From Pseudoalteromonas tetraodonis (GTDB lineage: Bacteria > Pseudomonadota > Gammaproteobacteria > Enterobacterales > Alteromonadaceae): DNA of 32,000 nucleotides. Under the pieces are notes generated by a model. That model was not told the DNA's origin, searched no databases, and saw only the letters and a program-made list of their open reading frames with translations. This document shows positions 1 to 10,557 of the stretch, one piece after another (the first letter of the stretch is position 1; every line of letters starts with the position of its first letter). Location: positions 390,001-422,000 of the forward strand of contig NZ_CP011041.1 in assembly GCF_002310835.1 (NCBI RefSeq). Reading direction: 5' to 3'. The position numbers and the translations under genes were made by a program.

Positions 1-362
1 ATACCGATTTAGCGTACCTATATACAGACGGTGAATTTTGGCATTTCATGAACAATGAAACATTTGAACAAATCGCTGCTGACGAAAAAGCACTGGGCGA
101 TGCTGGAAAATGGTTAGTTGAAAACGATGTATGTACTATTACATTATGGAACGGCAGCCCAATTGCTGTAACTCCACCAAACTTTGTTGAGCTTGAGATT
201 ACTGAAACTGATCCGGGCCTTAAAGGTGATACAGCGGGCACAGGTGGTAAACCAGCAACGCTTAGCACAGGTGCTGTAGTACGTGTTCCATTATTCGTAC
301 AAATTGGCGAAGTAATTAAAGTAGACACTCGTAATGGTGAATACGTGAGCCGTGTTAAGTAA
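1..362 (+). CDS. efp: Elongation factor P, C-terminal ~119 codons (5' end lies upstream of the window; frame starts at nt 3)
   Basis: The frame is open from nt 3 ([23 protein letters not shown]...) to ...[22 protein letters not shown] at 360-362. It is almost identical to the C-terminal domains of E. coli EF-P as I remember them. The ATG at 48 in the ORF track is an internal Met. Confidence 0.95.
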   Translation, partial: TDLAYLYTDGEFWHFMNNETFEQIAADEKALGDAGKWLVENDVCTITLWNGSPIAVTPPNFVELEITETDPGLKGDTAGTGGKPATLSTGAVVRVPLFVQIGEVIKVDTRNGEYVSRVK

Positions 363-384
363 GCAGCAACGCGTCTTATTAATT

Positions 385-413
385 AAATCCCGGCTTAAGC
401 TGGGATTTTTTTT
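385..413 (+). terminator. Rho-independent terminator/attenuator hairpin between efp and epmA
   Basis: ATCCCGGC (387-394) pairs with GCTGGGAT (399-406), 8 bp with one G-U, around a TTAA loop. It is followed by a T8 tract (406-413) that runs straight into the epmA SD GGAG (414-417). Confidence 0.6.
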
Positions 414-422
414 GGAGAAAAT

Positions 423-1397
423 ATGTCAGCAGATCTTTGGAAGCCGAGTGCCAGCATAGAAATACTTAAGCAACGCGCAGCAATTATGCGCAGCATTCGG
501 GAATTCTTTTATGAGCGTAATGTAATGGAAGTCGAAACACCGAGTTTAAGTGCTGCCAGTGTAACCGATGTGCATTTAGCCAGCTTTAATACTACATTTG
601 TGGGCCCAGGCCATGCTGGTGGGCTACCCCTGTTTTTGCAAACATCTCCAGAGTTTGCGATGAAACGCTTGTTAGCGGCCGGCTCAGGCGCTATTTTTCA
701 GCTTTGTAAGGCATTTCGAAATGAAGAAGCGGGCAGTCATCATAATCCTGAATTTACTATGCTTGAATGGTATCGGCCTGGGTTTGACGAATTTGCTTTA
801 ATGGACGAAATAGATGAGCTAATGCAGCTCATTCTTGAGGTTGCGCCTGCAGAGCGCGTTACCTACCAACAGGCATTTGAACGCGCGTTAGGGGTCGATC
901 CATTAACTGTATCTATCACGCAGTTACAACAACTCGCATGCGAACATGGCTTTGCTGATATTGCTAAAAACGAGACTCATAAAGATACCTTGCTGCAATT
1001 ATTATTTTGTATGAAAGTAGAGCCAACAATAGGACAAGATAAGCCATGTTTTGTGTATCACTTTCCGGCATCACAAGCGGCACTGGCACAAATTTGTGAG
1101 CACGATGAGCGAGTAGCAGGGCGCTTTGAGTTGTATTATAAAAATATGGAACTGGCTAACGGCTTTAATGAGCTCACTAATGCTAAAGAACAAGCAAAAA
1201 GGTTTAACGAAGACAACACCTATCGTGCTGCTAACGGCTTAAAGCAAGTTCCTATGGATACGCGTTTAATTGCGGCATTGGAACATGGTTTAGAGCAATG
1301 TGCGGGGGTTGCATTAGGGATTGATAGACTCGTGATGCTAGCAACCAATAAACAAAAAATAAAAGAAGTGATTGCGTTTGATGTGACCAGAGCTTAA
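423..1397 (+). CDS. epmA: EF-P-lysine lysyltransferase (truncated class II LysRS paralogue, PoxA/GenX/YjeA)
   Basis: The 324-aa protein is collinear with E. coli EpmA. Shared motifs include [44 protein letters not shown] and [16 protein letters not shown] lies 6 nt upstream of the ATG. Confidence 0.92.
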   Translation: MSADLWKPSASIEILKQRAAIMRSIREFFYERNVMEVETPSLSAASVTDVHLASFNTTFVGPGHAGGLPLFLQTSPEFAMKRLLAAGSGAIFQLCKAFRNEEAGSHHNPEFTMLEWYRPGFDEFALMDEIDELMQLILEVAPAERVTYQQAFERALGVDPLTVSITQLQQLACEHGFADIAKNETHKDTLLQLLFCMKVEPTIGQDKPCFVYHFPASQAALAQICEHDERVAGRFELYYKNMELANGFNELTNAKEQAKRFNEDNTYRAANGLKQVPMDTRLIAALEHGLEQCAGVALGIDRLVMLATNKQKIKEVIAFDVTRA

Positions 1398-1432
1398 AGC
1401 AGCTAATTGCTTTTAGCGGTCAGCTATCAGAT

Positions 1433-1468
1433 AAAAAACACCGCGTTTGCATTAAACGCGGTGTTTTC
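1433..1468. terminator. Bidirectional rho-independent terminator between convergent epmA and the TonB-dependent receptor gene
   Basis: A 12-bp stem, AACACCGCGTTT (1437-1448) with AAACGCGGTGTT (1454-1465), has loop GCATT, an A-run on the left and a T-run on the right. The same stem core recurs at 11365-11404 and 25678-25709. Confidence 0.7.
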
Positions 1469-1498
1469 TATTCTCGAACTGACAACTGGTTCGCTGTA

Positions 1499-3616
1499 TT
1501 ACAGATTAAGCGTAAACGTAACGCCGGCCACACGTGGCTCACCTAGTTGAATGTAAGTTTGACTTGTATAACCATCTAACGGGTTGTTACCAAATTCAAA
1601 ACCGCGAGTTGGAACGGTTTCATCAAACACATTACGTGCCCATGCACGAACAGCCCAGTTTTCTGCTTCGTAACCAAGGCTCGCATTTACTAAGTTTGTA
1701 TTTGGAGCTTGTGCATTATGGCTGTCTGAGAAGTAATAATCGTCTTTTCCTTCAACGCCTAACATTGCATATAGCTCATCAGTAACATTGTAGCGTGCAC
1801 TAAATGCGTATTGGTATTTAGGCGCTTGTGCTTGCTCGCGGCCATCTTGGTTTAAGCCCGACTTAGTGACAAAGTCGTTTATTTTCGTATCTAAATAGCC
1901 AGCGCTACCGCTAATGAGTAAATTATCAGTAAGTAAGTAGCTGCCTTCAATTTCAAGACCGTAGTTGCTGCCAGAGCTGGCATTGGCGACATAACCGGTA
2001 AATTGTTGATCTGATACTTGCCACGACTTTAATTGAATATTATCGCGGTGCATATAAAATGCCGCTAAGCGCAGGGTAAACTTGTCATCTAGCGATGAAC
2101 CTTTAACGCCAAACTCACCACTCCACAAGTATTCTGGATCAAAGCTGGTATGCTGTTTGAAAAAATCAGCATCTAAGCTTAAACCTTCATCTTTTGCTTT
2201 TGCTAGCGCTTCTGAATTAATACCACCAGCTTTGTAACCGCGGGTGATACTGGTGTAAATCATGGTACGGTCAATAACTTGGTATTCAAGTGCAATTTTA
2301 CCACCGAGCATAATATCGTCAGTTTCTTCAATAAAACCGTTACTATCGGTGTAATCTCCTTGATATTGCTCAACTCGTAAACCAGTAATAAGCGTAGTTT
2401 TTGGGCCAATTGCTGTGGCTAATTGGCCATAAGCTGCAATGTTATTAGTTTCATAGGTTGAAGCAAACGGGTTGGCTAACCACGTATATTGACGCTCTAA
2501 ATCCACATCACGGTTTTGATAATAAATACCCGCAACCCAGTTACCTGCTTTACCAGTAAATTGCAGATCGAGCGCTTGATCATCACGATCGCGGCTATAA
2601 ATATCTGTTGAACTATAACCATCAGGATGCAAACCGGCGGCACATAATTGCGGCTTATTAGTATCGTTACACACCCAGTCTTCATCAAAGCTATAAAAAA
2701 GTTCTGTATCAATGGCTGAAAGGTTTAAGTTGACATCAAAGGCATCAAAACCAGTGTAAGTATTATTCAGGCCAATAGCATAACTTTGTTGATTATCTTC
2801 GCCTGGTTGATCAGCAAGGCTGTTGCGAGAATTATCAAGAGTAAATGCATCGTAGCCGTTATTAATATCAATATAATGCAGGTTAAGTTCTGAATTTAAA
2901 TGAGCTGTGAGTTGGCTGTTTAATTTAAAGCGTGCAACTTGCTCATCTTGATCTTGAGTGGGTTTATCTAAATAAAGGTTGTCTACGTAGCCGTCAGACT
3001 TTCTGCGAAAGTAGCTAACGCGGGCACTGGTGTCATCTGTTAAGCCTGTACTAGCGGCAAGGCCTGCTTCGTGGCTGTTATAAGTGCCAGCACCTAAATG
3101 TAATTTTAAGCTAGGATCGCTGGTTGCATTAGCTGATTGCATTTGGATCATGCCCGCCATGCCATCTGCACCAAAACGCGTACCTTGTGGACCACGGTAA
3201 ATTTCTACTTGGTCAATATCAAACAATAATGAACTACCACCTAAGCCTGAATAATTAATACCGTCAATTACTAAGCCCACAGATGGGTTTATCGGGTCAA
3301 CAAACTGCGAGCGTAAACCGACACCGCGAATTTGAATATAACGACCGCGAGACGCACCAGCAGCAAAGTTTACATTGGCTGCACTGGCTAACATTTCGTC
3401 TAAATACGTTGCACCACGTTGATTCATTTCATTTTCAGAAAATAAGCTGGCACTGGCGCTTAATGTTTGAATGCTTTCTTGCTGAAAGTCACCGGTAACA
3501 ATGATTTTCTCTAGTTCGGTGTCATCTGCGTTAGCATATATAGGTGCTGCGAGCAGGGGTAATAACGTGGCTGTAATTAAAGACAAACGTAAGTTCATTA
3601 GGTTACTTAACTCCAT
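1499..3616 (-). CDS. TonB-dependent outer-membrane receptor, substrate unknown
   Basis: The 705-aa protein has a signal peptide (..LLPLLAAPIYA/NADD) and a TonB-box-like EKIIVTG. Plug motifs are present (IRGVG, VEIYRGPQGTRFG), followed by a long beta-barrel with alternating-residue strands. The start may instead be the second ATG at 3598 (MNLRLSL...). No riboswitch or clear Fur box is visible in the 84-bp upstream spacer. Confidence 0.88.
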   Translation of the reverse strand: MELSNLMNLRLSLITATLLPLLAAPIYANADDTELEKIIVTGDFQQESIQTLSASASLFSENEMNQRGATYLDEMLASAANVNFAAGASRGRYIQIRGVGLRSQFVDPINPSVGLVIDGINYSGLGGSSLLFDIDQVEIYRGPQGTRFGADGMAGMIQMQSANATSDPSLKLHLGAGTYNSHEAGLAASTGLTDDTSARVSYFRRKSDGYVDNLYLDKPTQDQDEQVARFKLNSQLTAHLNSELNLHYIDINNGYDAFTLDNSRNSLADQPGEDNQQSYAIGLNNTYTGFDAFDVNLNLSAIDTELFYSFDEDWVCNDTNKPQLCAAGLHPDGYSSTDIYSRDRDDQALDLQFTGKAGNWVAGIYYQNRDVDLERQYTWLANPFASTYETNNIAAYGQLATAIGPKTTLITGLRVEQYQGDYTDSNGFIEETDDIMLGGKIALEYQVIDRTMIYTSITRGYKAGGINSEALAKAKDEGLSLDADFFKQHTSFDPEYLWSGEFGVKGSSLDDKFTLRLAAFYMHRDNIQLKSWQVSDQQFTGYVANASSGSNYGLEIEGSYLLTDNLLISGSAGYLDTKINDFVTKSGLNQDGREQAQAPKYQYAFSARYNVTDELYAMLGVEGKDDYYFSDSHNAQAPNTNLVNASLGYEAENWAVRAWARNVFDETVPTRGFEFGNNPLDGYTSQTYIQLGEPRVAGVTFTLNL

Positions 3617-3700
3617 TTTAGGGACTTGTATGGTAGCAATTATTTCAACACTTGTGCTATAAACGCGGCAATTATACGTTAAATAATTTGGATTACTAAT

Positions 3701-4099
3701 ATGACCTTTAAAGTAGACTTTAAGGTACGCGACTACGAATGTGACCTACAAGGTATTGTGAATAACAGTGTTTATTTTAATTATCTTGAGCACGCTCGCC
3801 ACGAGTTTTTATACGCACACGGCGTTGATTTTGCACAACTTGCGAAAGATAAAATTAACTTAGTGGTGATACGCAGTGAAATGGATTACAAACATTCCCT
3901 ATTGCCTGGAGATGAGTTTTATGTGGCGGTAGAGCCTGTGCGTATTAGTCGTCTTAAGTTTGCATTTAAACAAACGGTAGTGCGCAAAGAAGATGAAAAA
4001 ATGATGCTCAATGCCTTAGTTATTGGTACATCGGTTAATGAGAAAGGTCGGCCATTTTTACCACCACAGATAGATAACTTATTCCAAGCCGTTGCATAG
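3701..4099 (+). CDS. Acyl-CoA thioesterase, 4HBT/YbgC-FadM hotdog-fold family
   Basis: The 132-aa protein carries the family's N-terminal signature VRDYECDLQGIVNNSVYFNYLEHARHEFL (catalytic Asp context). Its size is typical of a single hotdog domain. Confidence 0.75.
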   Translation: MTFKVDFKVRDYECDLQGIVNNSVYFNYLEHARHEFLYAHGVDFAQLAKDKINLVVIRSEMDYKHSLLPGDEFYVAVEPVRISRLKFAFKQTVVRKEDEKMMLNALVIGTSVNEKGRPFLPPQIDNLFQAVA

Positions 4100-4214
4100 T
4101 TTTAAATAGCATGAATTTTAAACAAAAATTTACATTTAAAATATGCATTTTTAACGGATAAACCTGACAAATATTGATACTATTACATTAATTAGACAAT
4201 AAGTTAGTAGTAAC

Positions 4215-4613
4215 ATGAAATTAGCAGCAATACCGATGCTCGTAATCGGTTTATGTGTTGGTTGCGCATCAACAGGGACAGTTACCACTGAGCAGCTAAA
4301 ATATACACAATGGCAATTATCAAAGGTTGATGGTTTGGCTATTCCCGCATCTTTTAAAGCATCAATGAGCTTTATAGAAGCGCTACAAATAAATGGCTTT
4401 GCCGGATGCAATAAGTTTTTTGGTGAAGGTTCGCTTGAAGATAGCAGCTTGAGCGTAAGTAAATTAGGTATGACACGCAAATCATGCGGCCCTGAACTGG
4501 ATGAGTTTGAACAGCAGTTTTTACAAGCGCTTAAGCAAGGTGCCGAGCTTAACCTGCAAGACCAAAAATTGGTGATGCAAGGCGAGCAAAAATTTGTGTT
4601 TATCCCTAAGTAA
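4215..4613 (+). CDS. META-domain (HslJ-like) lipoprotein
   Basis: The protein has a lipoprotein signal with lipobox (LVIGLCVG-C-AS). It also has the META-domain motif FAGCNKFFG and a second conserved Cys (TRKSCG). The larger antisense ORF 4151-4672 is Cys/Ser-rich junk. Confidence 0.75.
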   Translation: MKLAAIPMLVIGLCVGCASTGTVTTEQLKYTQWQLSKVDGLAIPASFKASMSFIEALQINGFAGCNKFFGEGSLEDSSLSVSKLGMTRKSCGPELDEFEQQFLQALKQGAELNLQDQKLVMQGEQKFVFIPK

Positions 4614-4716
4614 ATTTTACACATTTTGAAAAACAGCCCCTTGCAGGGAATTTTCAACTGGCGTACACTCATAGCAGATTTGATTAAAACATTATCAAAT
4701 CAACGAACAATTTAAC

Positions 4717-4810
4717 TACTTGTCGGAGTGCCTAAGTTTTATTTAGGCTGAGATCGCGAAAGCGGGATCCGTGAACCTGATCAGGTTAATACCTGCGTAG
4801 GGAACAAGCT
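4717..4810 (+). promoter_or_regulatory. TPP (THI-box) riboswitch aptamer controlling the thi operon
   Basis: P1 is CTTGT (4719-4723) with ACAAG (4804-4808). The conserved cores are CTGAGA (4748-4753) and AACCTGATCAGGTTAATACCTGCG (4774-4797), followed by AGGGAAC. It is nearly superimposable on the E. coli thiC leader as remembered. Confidence 0.92.
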
Positions 4811-4818
4811 GCCTAAAC

Positions 4819-4841
4819 GGGACGCTTGTGCGTCTTTTTTT
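4819..4841 (+). terminator. Riboswitch expression-platform terminator (attenuator)
   Basis: GACGC (4821-4825) pairs with GCGTC (4830-4834) around a TTGT loop, followed by a T7 tract (4835-4841). The P1 3' strand ACAAGC (4804-4809) is complementary to GCTTGT (4824-4829), which gives an obvious antiterminator alternative. Confidence 0.6.
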
Positions 4842-4959
4842 ATGCGTACAACAAAATCAAACCCGTCAATTTAGGCTGCAAAGTGGCATAAAGCTACTTT
4901 ACGATCTTTCTCTATTCCATTGGAATATCTGGCAAGACAACCCTTAAGCAATGAGGTAA

Positions 4960-6915
<1,956 letters not shown>

Positions 6916-6920
6916 AATAG

Positions 6921-7003
6921 GTTGCGAGTTGCGAGCATCGAGTAGCGAAATGTTTATCTTAACATCTTGTTGCTCGAAGCCAGAGACCCGCAGCTCGCAG
7001 CTA
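6921..7003 (+). repeat. Intercistronic imperfect inverted repeat built from 7-nt units (long mRNA hairpin)
   Basis: The left arm is GTTGCGA GTTGCGA GCATCGA GTAGCGA (6921-6948). The right arm is GTTGCTC GAAGCCA GAGACCC GCAGCTC GCAGCTA (6969-7003). Positions 6921-6935 pair with 6987-7001 at 14/15 positions, counting two U-G wobbles that work only on the sense RNA, and an inner ATGTT/AACAT stem lies at 6950-6965. Confidence 0.6.
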
Positions 7004-7018
7004 AATGTAGGAGTGTTT

Positions 7019-8020
7019 ATGTTTTATGACATTGCTGTGGTGGGCTTTGGTTTAGCGGGGCGGTTGGCGGCGCTTGAGTTAAGTAAGCAGCACCGTATTA
7101 CTGTATTTGAAGCTGATGACGAGCATACTCAAAATAGTGCGGGTAAAGTGGCGGCGGCTATGCTGGCACCACTAGCTGAGTCGGTTATGTGTGAACATGA
7201 TTTAGCACTATTGGGAGTAGATTCTATTGCTCGCTGGCCTGCTATTTTAGATGAGTTAAACAGTGAGGTGTTCTTTCAACAGCAGGGCACCTTAGTGGTT
7301 GCTCACCCGCAGGATAAAGGCGACTTACAAAGTTTTGCACAGCGAATAAAGCCGTTACTAAATTTTAGTGCCAAAGCGGTTAATACGCAGCAAATAGCGG
7401 ATTTAGAACCTGAGCTTACAGGGCGTTTTAATCAAGGGCTATTTTTATCCGGTGAAGCGCAAATAGATAACCAAGCCTTTTATAAAGCCAGCTTTAGGTT
7501 GCTAAATAAGCGCAAAGTAAAGTTTGTGTTTAATCAACGCGCCAGCATCTTTGATAATAAAGTGAATAATCGAGAGTTTGATTACATTATTGATTGCAGA
7601 GGGCTTGGAGCCAAACAAGATCAGCCACTTCGAGGCGTGCGCGGGGAAGTGGCAAGGTTATACGCCCCTGAGGTTAACTTAACGCGGCCTGTGCGTTTAA
7701 TGCATCCGCGTTACCCTATTTATATTGCACCTAAACCTAATCATGAATATGTCATAGGGGCAACGGAGATCGAATCGCAAGATACAGGTCCTGCAACTGT
7801 GCGCTCAACCCTTGAACTATTATCAGCGGCCTACACTGTTCATAGTGGCTTTGCCGAAGCGCGATTATTAAATATTCAAACAGGCTTACGCCCAGCGTTT
7901 AGCGATAATCGCCCACAGGTAAAAAAAACGAGCAAGGTTATCAGTATCAATGGCTTATATCGCCACGGCTATATGTTGGCACCCGCGCTTGTGGCACAAG
8001 CATTATCGCAAATAGAGTGA
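7019..8020 (+). CDS. thiO: FAD-dependent glycine oxidase (thiazole pathway)
   Basis: The protein has the N-terminal Rossmann motif DIAVVGFGLAGRLAA and the C-terminal motif RHGYMLAPA typical of ThiO/DAO enzymes. It sits between thiC and thiS. I chose the start at ATG 7019 (GGAG at 7010-7013); the ORF-track start at 6929 would translate the repeat element. Confidence 0.8.
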   Translation: MFYDIAVVGFGLAGRLAALELSKQHRITVFEADDEHTQNSAGKVAAAMLAPLAESVMCEHDLALLGVDSIARWPAILDELNSEVFFQQQGTLVVAHPQDKGDLQSFAQRIKPLLNFSAKAVNTQQIADLEPELTGRFNQGLFLSGEAQIDNQAFYKASFRLLNKRKVKFVFNQRASIFDNKVNNREFDYIIDCRGLGAKQDQPLRGVRGEVARLYAPEVNLTRPVRLMHPRYPIYIAPKPNHEYVIGATEIESQDTGPATVRSTLELLSAAYTVHSGFAEARLLNIQTGLRPAFSDNRPQVKKTSKVISINGLYRHGYMLAPALVAQALSQIE

Positions 8021-8027
8021 GTATTAA

Positions 8028-8222
8028 ATGAACATTACAATTAATGGTGAGCCTTTAAATGTGACTAGCCATGCGCTGCTGGAAATAGTAAAAAACGTGG
8101 GTGCGATGGCGCCTTATGCCGTGGCTGTAAATGGAGAGTTTATTCCTCAGAGTCGCCATAGCCACGTTGTTATAAATGAAGGTGACAGTATTGAGTTATT
8201 GTCACCTATCCAAGGTGGATAG
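8028..8222 (+). CDS. thiS: Sulfur-carrier protein ThiS
   Basis: The 64-aa protein has a ubiquitin-like size and ends in the diagnostic ...PIQGG. It lies immediately upstream of thiG. Confidence 0.9.
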   Translation: MNITINGEPLNVTSHALLEIVKNVGAMAPYAVAVNGEFIPQSRHSHVVINEGDSIELLSPIQGG

Positions 8223-8226
8223 TGCT

Positions 8227-9018
8227 ATGCAAAGCAAAGACTGTTTAACAATTTATGGTGAACCAATCAATAGTCGCTTGTTAATTGGATCTGCGTTATA
8301 TCCGTCACCAGATATCATGACGCAATCGATTAAAGCCTCAGGTGCTGAGATAGTCACCGTGTCACTTAGACGACAACAAAACGCGGCGGCAGGGAATGAT
8401 TTTTGGCAATTAATTAAAAACACCGGTTTAAAAATACTGCCTAATACTGCCGGATGCCACAGCGTCAAAGAGGCTATTAACCTAGCTAAAATGTGCCGAG
8501 AAGTATTTGCTACCGATTGGATAAAACTTGAATTAATAGGCGATGACTATAATTTACAGCCCGATCCCTTTGCATTACTTGAAGCCACAAAAATATTGAT
8601 TGATGATGGGTTTAAAGTACTGCCTTATTGCACTGATGATTTAGTGCTGTGTCAGCGCTTGAATGGATTAGGCTGTGAGGTGCTAATGCCGTGGGGCGCG
8701 CCTATTGGCACCGGTAAAGGATTGTTAAATAGTTATAATTTAAAAACCATTAGAGAACGCCTGCCTAATACAACATTAATTGTTGATGCCGGGTTAGGTT
8801 TACCATCGCATGCCTGCCAAGCACTTGAATTAGGGTATGATGCTGTATTATTAAATTCAGCCATTGCAGGGGCGGGTTGCCCAGTGACTATGAGCCGTGC
8901 ATTTAAAGCTGCGGTAGAGGCAGGGCGCTTTGCATACAATGCCAAAGCAATGCCCGAAAAAGACGTTGCAACCCCCTCAACCCCAACAATGGGTATGCCA
9001 TTTTGGCATCAGCAGTAA
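8227..9018 (+). CDS. thiG: Thiazole synthase
   Basis: The sequence is conserved ThiG ([40 protein letters not shown]). I chose the start at ATG 8227, 4 nt after the thiS stop. The ORF-track start at 8176 overlaps thiS. Confidence 0.92.
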   Translation: MQSKDCLTIYGEPINSRLLIGSALYPSPDIMTQSIKASGAEIVTVSLRRQQNAAAGNDFWQLIKNTGLKILPNTAGCHSVKEAINLAKMCREVFATDWIKLELIGDDYNLQPDPFALLEATKILIDDGFKVLPYCTDDLVLCQRLNGLGCEVLMPWGAPIGTGKGLLNSYNLKTIRERLPNTTLIVDAGLGLPSHACQALELGYDAVLLNSAIAGAGCPVTMSRAFKAAVEAGRFAYNAKAMPEKDVATPSTPTMGMPFWHQQ

Positions 9019-9030
9019 GGAAAGAAAAAT

Positions 9031-10557
9031 ATGACAAACGTAGTGTGGACAATTGCTGGCTCTGATTCTGGCGGCGGCGCGGGTATTCAAGCCGATATTA
9101 AGGCAATGCAAAGTTTTGGTGTGCATGGTTGTACAGCAATCACCGCGCTTACCGCTCAAAATAGCTTAGGTGTAGAGGCCATTAATGCAGTGTCTACCGA
9201 TATTATTGAGTCCCAGTTGCTTGCACTTGAAAAAGACATGAAAGCCAAAGTGATAAAAATTGGTATGCTTGCCAATGTGCAGCAAATTCAGTTAATTAGT
9301 GAGCACATAAGCCATTACAAAGCCAAATGGCCAACCCCGCCGGTTATTGTGTATGACCCTGTGGCTATTGCCTCAAGCGGTGACTTACTAACAGAAGAAG
9401 ACACCGTAAGTGCGATAAAAGAATGTTTACTACCGCTGGTGGATGTAATTACCCCAAATACCCACGAAACCCAGTTATTAACGGGTGTGTATTTAATTGG
9501 CCCTGCAGCGATTAAAGAAGCGGCGAGTAAGCTGATGGCGTGGGGCGCAAAAGCGGTGGTGATTAAAGGCGGACATTGGGATTACCCAAGCGGGTATTGC
9601 ATTGATTACTGCACACAAAACGGTGAAGACTATTGGCTAGGTAATGAAAAAATTCAAGTTCCTCATAGCCATGGTACAGGGTGCAGTATGGCGTCAGTAA
9701 TTGCTGCGTGTCTTGCAAAAGACTATCCGTTAAAAGATGCGTTTATTTTAGCTAAAGCCTATATAAACCAAGGTTTAAAGCAATCAGTTCGCTATGGCGA
9801 GGGCATAGGGCCGGTTGCACAAACGCAGTTTCCTACCAATTTAGCGCATTACCCTCAGGTGATTGAACCGGGTAGCTGGTTAGGTGATGAGTTGGATTTT
9901 GATGTGCCGCTTGATTTTAATATGGCTGCTGATTTTGCAGCCTGTGAAAGTAAAAAGCTTGGCCTCTATGGTGTGGTTGATAGTATTGAATGGCTAGAAA
10001 AGTGCTTACAGCAAGGAATTAAAACAGCTCAGCTTCGTGTTAAAAATAAAACGCAGAATGAGCTAGATGAACTGATTGCCAAAGCGGTCACCTTGGGTGA
10101 GCAGTATAATGCGCAGGTATTTATAAATGATTACTGGCAACTTGCCATCAAACATGGCGCCTATGGGGTGCATTTAGGGCAAGAAGACTTAGAGAGTGCA
10201 AACTTAGTTGCTATAAAAGAAGCAGGCCTGCGACTTGGTCTTTCTACCCATGGCTTTTATGAAATGCTTCGGGCGCATAATTACCGCCCAAGCTACATGG
10301 CCTTTGGCGCGATTTATCCTACCACCACCAAAGACATGACTGGCCAGATACAGGGGCTTGAAAAGCTAACTCGGTTTGTGCCATTAATGCAAAGCTATCC
10401 TACAGTGGCTATTGGCGGAATTGATTTAAATAGGGCGCAAGAGGTTGCTAAAACGGGCGTGGGCAGTGTAGCCGTGGTGCGTGCTATTACCGAGGCTGAT
10501 GATTATGTAGAGGCAATCAATACTTTAAAATCGGTGATAAATGAGAATGCCTGCTAA
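9031..10557 (+). CDS. thiDE: Bifunctional HMP/HMP-P kinase (ThiD) fused to thiamine-phosphate synthase (ThiE)
   Basis: The N-terminal half carries ThiD motifs (IAGSDSGGGAGIQADIKA, KIGML, HGTGC). The C-terminal ~200 aa are ThiE-like (GLYGVVDS, VHLGQEDL, AFGAIYPTTTK, IGGI). The whole is a single 508-aa ORF. Confidence 0.9.
   Translation: MTNVVWTIAGSDSGGGAGIQADIKAMQSFGVHGCTAITALTAQNSLGVEAINAVSTDIIESQLLALEKDMKAKVIKIGMLANVQQIQLISEHISHYKAKWPTPPVIVYDPVAIASSGDLLTEEDTVSAIKECLLPLVDVITPNTHETQLLTGVYLIGPAAIKEAASKLMAWGAKAVVIKGGHWDYPSGYCIDYCTQNGEDYWLGNEKIQVPHSHGTGCSMASVIAACLAKDYPLKDAFILAKAYINQGLKQSVRYGEGIGPVAQTQFPTNLAHYPQVIEPGSWLGDELDFDVPLDFNMAADFAACESKKLGLYGVVDSIEWLEKCLQQGIKTAQLRVKNKTQNELDELIAKAVTLGEQYNAQVFINDYWQLAIKHGAYGVHLGQEDLESANLVAIKEAGLRLGLSTHGFYEMLRAHNYRPSYMAFGAIYPTTTKDMTGQIQGLEKLTRFVPLMQSYPTVAIGGIDLNRAQEVAKTGVGSVAVVRAITEADDYVEAINTLKSVINENAC

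Noticed and set aside
1397-1432. Weak period-7 AGC phasing (AGCTAAT TGCTTTT AGCGGTC AGCTATC) occurs just before the epmA terminator.
   Set aside because: The phasing is too degenerate (only 3 nt conserved per unit, 4-5 units) to call a repeat by eye. It is noted only as possibly related to the clearer heptamer arrays.
3617-3700. There could be a Fur box upstream of the TonB-dependent receptor.
   Set aside because: AATTAT-N7-ATAATT is present, but similarity to the 19-bp Fur consensus is weak in an AT-rich spacer. It cannot be supported without a PWM scan.
4151-4672. A 173-aa minus-strand ORF fully covers the META lipoprotein gene.
   Set aside because: The translation is Cys/Ser/Leu-rich and low-complexity, with no recognisable motif or SD. 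The plus-strand ORF has a lipobox and the META GCN..FG motif. The same reasoning applies to the other antisense ORFs in the track, including 29215-29829 (inside rpoN) and 18281-18682 (inside pspA). It also covers 26117-26404 and 26759-27010 (inside mgtE), 1534-1785, 2497-2712, 16074-16379, and the remaining short ones.
6929-7018. A 30-codon N-terminal extension of thiO is implied by the ORF track.
   Set aside because: The extension translates the heptamer inverted repeat. The Rossmann motif starts right after Met at 7019, which has a GGAG SD.
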